Source of the DNA: Chrysomallon squamiferum
Lineage: Eukaryota; Animalia; Mollusca
DNA length: 64,000 nucleotides
Direction of reading: 5' to 3'
NCBI GenBank assembly: GCA_012295275.1
Contig: CM022676.1
Coordinates: forward strand, 6,262,001 to 6,326,000
A program made the position numbers and the translations under genes. Positions 60,065-64,000 of this stretch are shown in pieces (the first letter of the stretch is position 1; each line of letters opens with the position of its first letter). Below the pieces are notes generated by a model. The model made no database searches. It saw nothing but the letters and a program-made list of their open reading frames with translations, and was not told the DNA's origin.

Positions 60065-60890
60065 GGAATAAGAAAAAAAATGGCGCTTGGAAAAAATGGC
60101 AGCCAGAAGAAATGGCACTATGGAAATTTGTAAAAAAATGGCACCTTATTTATTTATTATGTTTAGTTGCTTAAAAAACCCACCTTAAAAGTACTTTAAA
60201 AAATACAGTTTATTCATGCAATATTGCCACATACATGTATATTAATATACAGCATCATTCAACCACTTGCTTTTGCTTAACGTACTACAGTTCTGTATCA
60301 GAGCTTAATATTACAATTATCACATTATTAACACATTCAAAAATACAGTGTATACATAGCATCACTCAACATGTCTTCAGAGGTGCAATTATAAATTGTT
60401 TTTGGAAGCAGGACTTAACTGATCATGTTGTCAAACACAAAGGGAATTGTATGCCTGTGCATGTGTGTGTCAGTGTGTGTGTGTGCGTGCTTGCATGTGT
60501 ACAGTCATACACACAAACATGTCCATACAGATGTACCTATATATATATATATATATATATAATATTTTATATGTGTATGTATTTTGGGGATTGTTTTTGG
60601 TTTACATTTGTTTTGTTTGACCGTTTAATTATGAACAATTTTTAAATATGATATTAGCTGCAGAGTATATTATTTCTGACATTAAATCATTATCTCAAAT
60701 ATTATTCCAGCACTGTTTTTTTATGTGCAATTATGAATTGTTTTTTGTAAGCAGTATTTCACCTATTACCAATAACTAAATGTTGATAAACAGTAACTTT
60801 TTTTTTTTCAAGTGCAATTTTTTTTCCAAATTTGCATAGTACCTTTTCTTCCAGGTGTCTATTTTTTCAAGTGCCATTTTTTCTGTAGCC
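60065..60890. mobile_element. MITE-like element with ~85-bp imperfect terminal inverted repeats built of AAAAATGGCAC subrepeats
   Basis: 60065-60147 (gg..agaaaaaaaatggcgcttggaaaaaatggcagccagaagaaatggcactatggaaatttg) is the reverse complement of 60805-60890; no clear TSD. Confidence 0.6.
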
Positions 60891-61841
60891 CCCCCCATTA
60901 CAGCCATGACTGATTTAAAAAAAAGCCATATTGTGTATTTTTCTGTTTGTGGAAAGGTATATAAAACAGGTCCTGTCTGCTAATGACAAGATATTTAGCA
61001 TAACGTTTAATTTTATTTTACTGCAACATAAAACTGTACATTAAGATGTAATTGCCATTAATAATAATGAAGAAAATATGTTGTGTCCTTGAAACAAATA
61101 TTCATGATAACAAAAGTTTTGTTCAATTTTAGTCATTTAATAACAATATACAATTACAAAAATAGTTTATTCCTTTTTCTTTTTTAAACTAATGTGTATA
61201 TAATAATAATAAATATATAAATATTTTTTTTTAAAAGTCATCATATATTTTAATATGTTATCTTGATGTGTCAATATACAAATAGAAAATGATTAATTCA
61301 GATGATATGCTGGTCATTTTTTATATCATTTTATTATTGATCTTAAAAAAAAAAAAATAATTTGAACCCCCTCTTCCTAGTTCAGAACTGTCCTGAAGCC
61401 AACCCAAAGTCACTTGTCCTGTTTTTCTTTCTTTCAAATGCTGGAGAACATTTTAAACCAAAAAACAGACACTATTTGCAGTTTGCAGTGATCATGTGAC
61501 CTGTTTCAGCAAATCACATCCTTGGAATTTGTTTAAAATACATCACAGATCAATATGTTAAAATTATCTCAGATTTCTCTTTTGAATACATTTCACTGTC
61601 ACCGAAATACAACTTGTGAATAACAAGAAATGGGTCCCCAGCTGCAGGGGGAGATAATTCCAAACAAACTGATAAGCAGCAGGACATAACTGTGCAAAAA
61701 GAATGTGTGTTGCTAGGCAACTTGTATATTTTTATATTTTATTACTTAATATATAATTTACAAAGCCTCTTCATCTGAACAATAACACACAACATTTGTT
61801 TTAAATTTCTTAAAAAAAAGTATTTATTACTGTCATTTGCT

Positions 61842-62017
61842 TTACATATCTTCTGTGCTCCATTTGTAAGCCATCATATCGACAGCTCTTCTTTCGGCTT
61901 TATGAGCGAATAATTTAGCTTCGAAACCATTTGAACGATCAACTCCATCCCATCTGTAACCTGGCATTATTCCATATCTGTTTGGAGGTGGCTGAGGTCC
62001 TCTGTACTTAGGTTTTT
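61842..62017 (-). CDS. BUD13: BUD13 terminal exon
   Basis: [57 protein letters not shown]; AATAAA on - strand at 61823-61828. Confidence 0.95.
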
Positions 62018-64000
62018 CTAAAAAAATTCAAATAAATAATAATAATAAAAAAATTAAAAATTAAAAAATTTATTTTTGAAAAAATAAAATAATAAAATAA
62101 AAAATATAATACATCTAAAACAAAGAAAAAAATAATGATAATAAATAAATAAATAAATAATAATAAAACTCTAGAGCAAAAAAACACTTTTTAAAAAATA
62201 TTAAAAAGCAATAAAATCTAAAAAATTTAAATAATTTAACACAATTAGAAAGTAAACAAATTACGTTAATAATAAACAAAACAATATATATATATATATA
62301 AAACTATTTTGCTTATATTACTAAATGTACACTAAAATTAAATGATTACTTATACACAGTATATATTAATAAAACAAAAAGAGAAAACAAACATGCCCAC
62401 CATTTGCATCACCAGTAGCATTTGTATTCTTCTTCTTCTTCATAAACATAGCCATTGGGTCACCATCTCGAATCTTCTCCTTCAACATACTGTCCAAGTC
62501 TTCATCGTCACGGTAACGTGCCAGTGGTTTTGTTATTTCATGAAGATTGTCAAGCAACTGTTTCTCTCTTTCTTCTTTTTGTTTTAATCTGATGTGAAAG
62601 TTAGTAATTTTAGATGTATTTTGGATGTAACATAGAATACAATTTTCAGTTAAATTATCTATTTGTATATATGTATCTGCGCTCAAATATATAAACTACT
62701 TCAAGTTAATTACGAATGAGTATCTGATGTTATATTATTTAACCATATAGAGATATACTTCTAGGTAACTCTCTCTCTCTCTCTCTACATATTTCTAAAA
62801 CACTAACATATACTGATCTTGTGAATCAACATGGTTAGGAAAAAAAGATTTAGTTCATTGGTGAGTTTTTTCATGATAAAGTGAAAATTTAAAATTAATT
62901 AATAACTAAGGTTTTAGCAAAGCTTTTTAACAATGTTTTCAGAAGATTTATCTCCTCTTAGCTTCATTGTACATTTTGTAGTAAACATTTTACTGTTTTA
63001 TTTAAAATTTATTTCTCGTTTTTTTTAAAAATTTATTTTAACAATTACTTCCCCTCCATTTTATTATATAGTTTTCATTTTGAATTACCATTTCATGACC
63101 TCTGTATATACATTTTTACTGAACTTGTATAATTATCTTTCCATAAAGGATTTTAAACCAGAGTTACCTACCCTTGACCCCACTCCATGTATTTCTTATC
63201 TTCCTCTGCTTTCTTTTCATCTGCTTCCTTTTCTTTCTTTTTCTCTTCTTCCAGGTTTCTTCTCTTGCCAGATTTGTCTCTGTGAACTGTGGTAGCATAT
63301 CTACCCAGTTTATCTTCACCAATCTAAAAAATGAATAAACGAATATTTAAATAACAGTTGAAGAAACTTTTAAATAGGACTGTATTCTAATGGTGACAGT
63401 CTACTTTGAAGTCCACTGATCTTGAACTGCTTCATTTACAACCATCAAACAAACATATTTAGGGTTATCTTCTTTCCAATCTGGGCCGAGGTTATCCATA
63501 AACCTAACTAGGTGTGTTAGTAAAACCTTTTTCTGGTAGTATCTTCAGACTTCAAATAATAACATTATTTTTTGGCATTTTATTACTGACCATAAAAGAA
63601 AACAACCTTATTATATCATTTGTGTATGCCACCCAGATTAAATGTATGTGCAGCTGTGAGATATTTTGCTATTTCTTAATAAAGAAGTCTATGAAATGGT
63701 AATAACAGCTTGTCCTTAATGACAACATCATTAAATCAAAGGATGTTAGAAAAACTGTTAATCAGTTGTAGGACAGATTTTTTGGATAAAGAATGAAAAT
63801 ACCTTTTTAAAAGCTTCATCTTCTCGTCTTCGGATGACTTCTGCTTCTAATTTCATATCTCTAGCACTCTGCAGGCCAGCTTTGGCCCCAGATAAAGTTT
63901 TTGTAGCTTTCTTTGATTCACCTTCTGTTTTTCTCCTTTCACCTCTCCTTGGTGGTGACTGGTCAGAATCTGAATGACGTCTTTGTTTTCTTGGTGGTGA
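61842..64000 (-). CDS. BUD13: BUD13 homolog (RES splicing complex), 3' four exons; 5' part outside the window
   Basis: Exons >64000-63803, 63323-63172, 62588-62401 (or 62413) and 62017-61842. SPPR repeats, [48 protein letters not shown] and [24 protein letters not shown]...AYKWSTEDM* are diagnostic of the Bud13 C-terminus. Confidence 0.95.
62401..62588 (-). CDS. BUD13: BUD13 penultimate exon (donor ambiguous: 62401 or 62413)
   Basis: [53 protein letters not shown]. Confidence 0.9.
63172..63323 (-). CDS. BUD13: BUD13 exon
   Basis: [51 protein letters not shown]. Confidence 0.92.
63803..64000 (-). CDS. BUD13: BUD13 exon (partial)
   Basis: [21 protein letters not shown]...[33 protein letters not shown]. 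Confidence 0.9.

Overview
Eukaryotic (metazoan invertebrate, possibly mollusc/lophotrochozoan; not determinable from this window alone), very AT-rich and microsatellite-rich genomic DNA. Almost all ORFs in the supplied track are microsatellite artefacts. I reconstructed the real genes exon by exon, checking GT-AG boundaries and reading phase: (1) the last two exons of a phospholipid scramblase paralog on + (593-1463); (2) a complete 6-exon, 250-aa phospholipid scramblase on - (14269-7607), which forms a tail-to-tail inverted duplication with (1); (3) a 14-coding-exon ABCG1/ABCG4-like half transporter on - (48215-27754, about 698 aa, one apparent +1 frameshift at 37735-37737), with a probable non-coding first exon near 57.3-57.5 kb and a possibly ~9.5-kb 3'UTR; (4) the 3' four exons of BUD13 on - (64000-61842). 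The most unusual feature is that two neighbouring genes each carry a tandem array built from one of their own intron/exon junctions. The scramblase has about 35 copies of a 23-bp branch-point/polypyrimidine/CAG|exon-start unit, and the ABCG gene has five extra ~190-bp copies of an acceptor plus the first 8 codons. These are banks of decoy 3' splice sites whose read-through use gives premature stops or frameshifts; some ABCG copies could act as in-frame microexons. Also seen: nuclear-receptor (DR4) and CLEAR/E-box motifs upstream of the ABCG gene, uORFs, a chimeric captured segment at 15.2-15.65 kb, a candidate tiny spliced gene at 16.5-17.8 kb, and several MITE-like elements.
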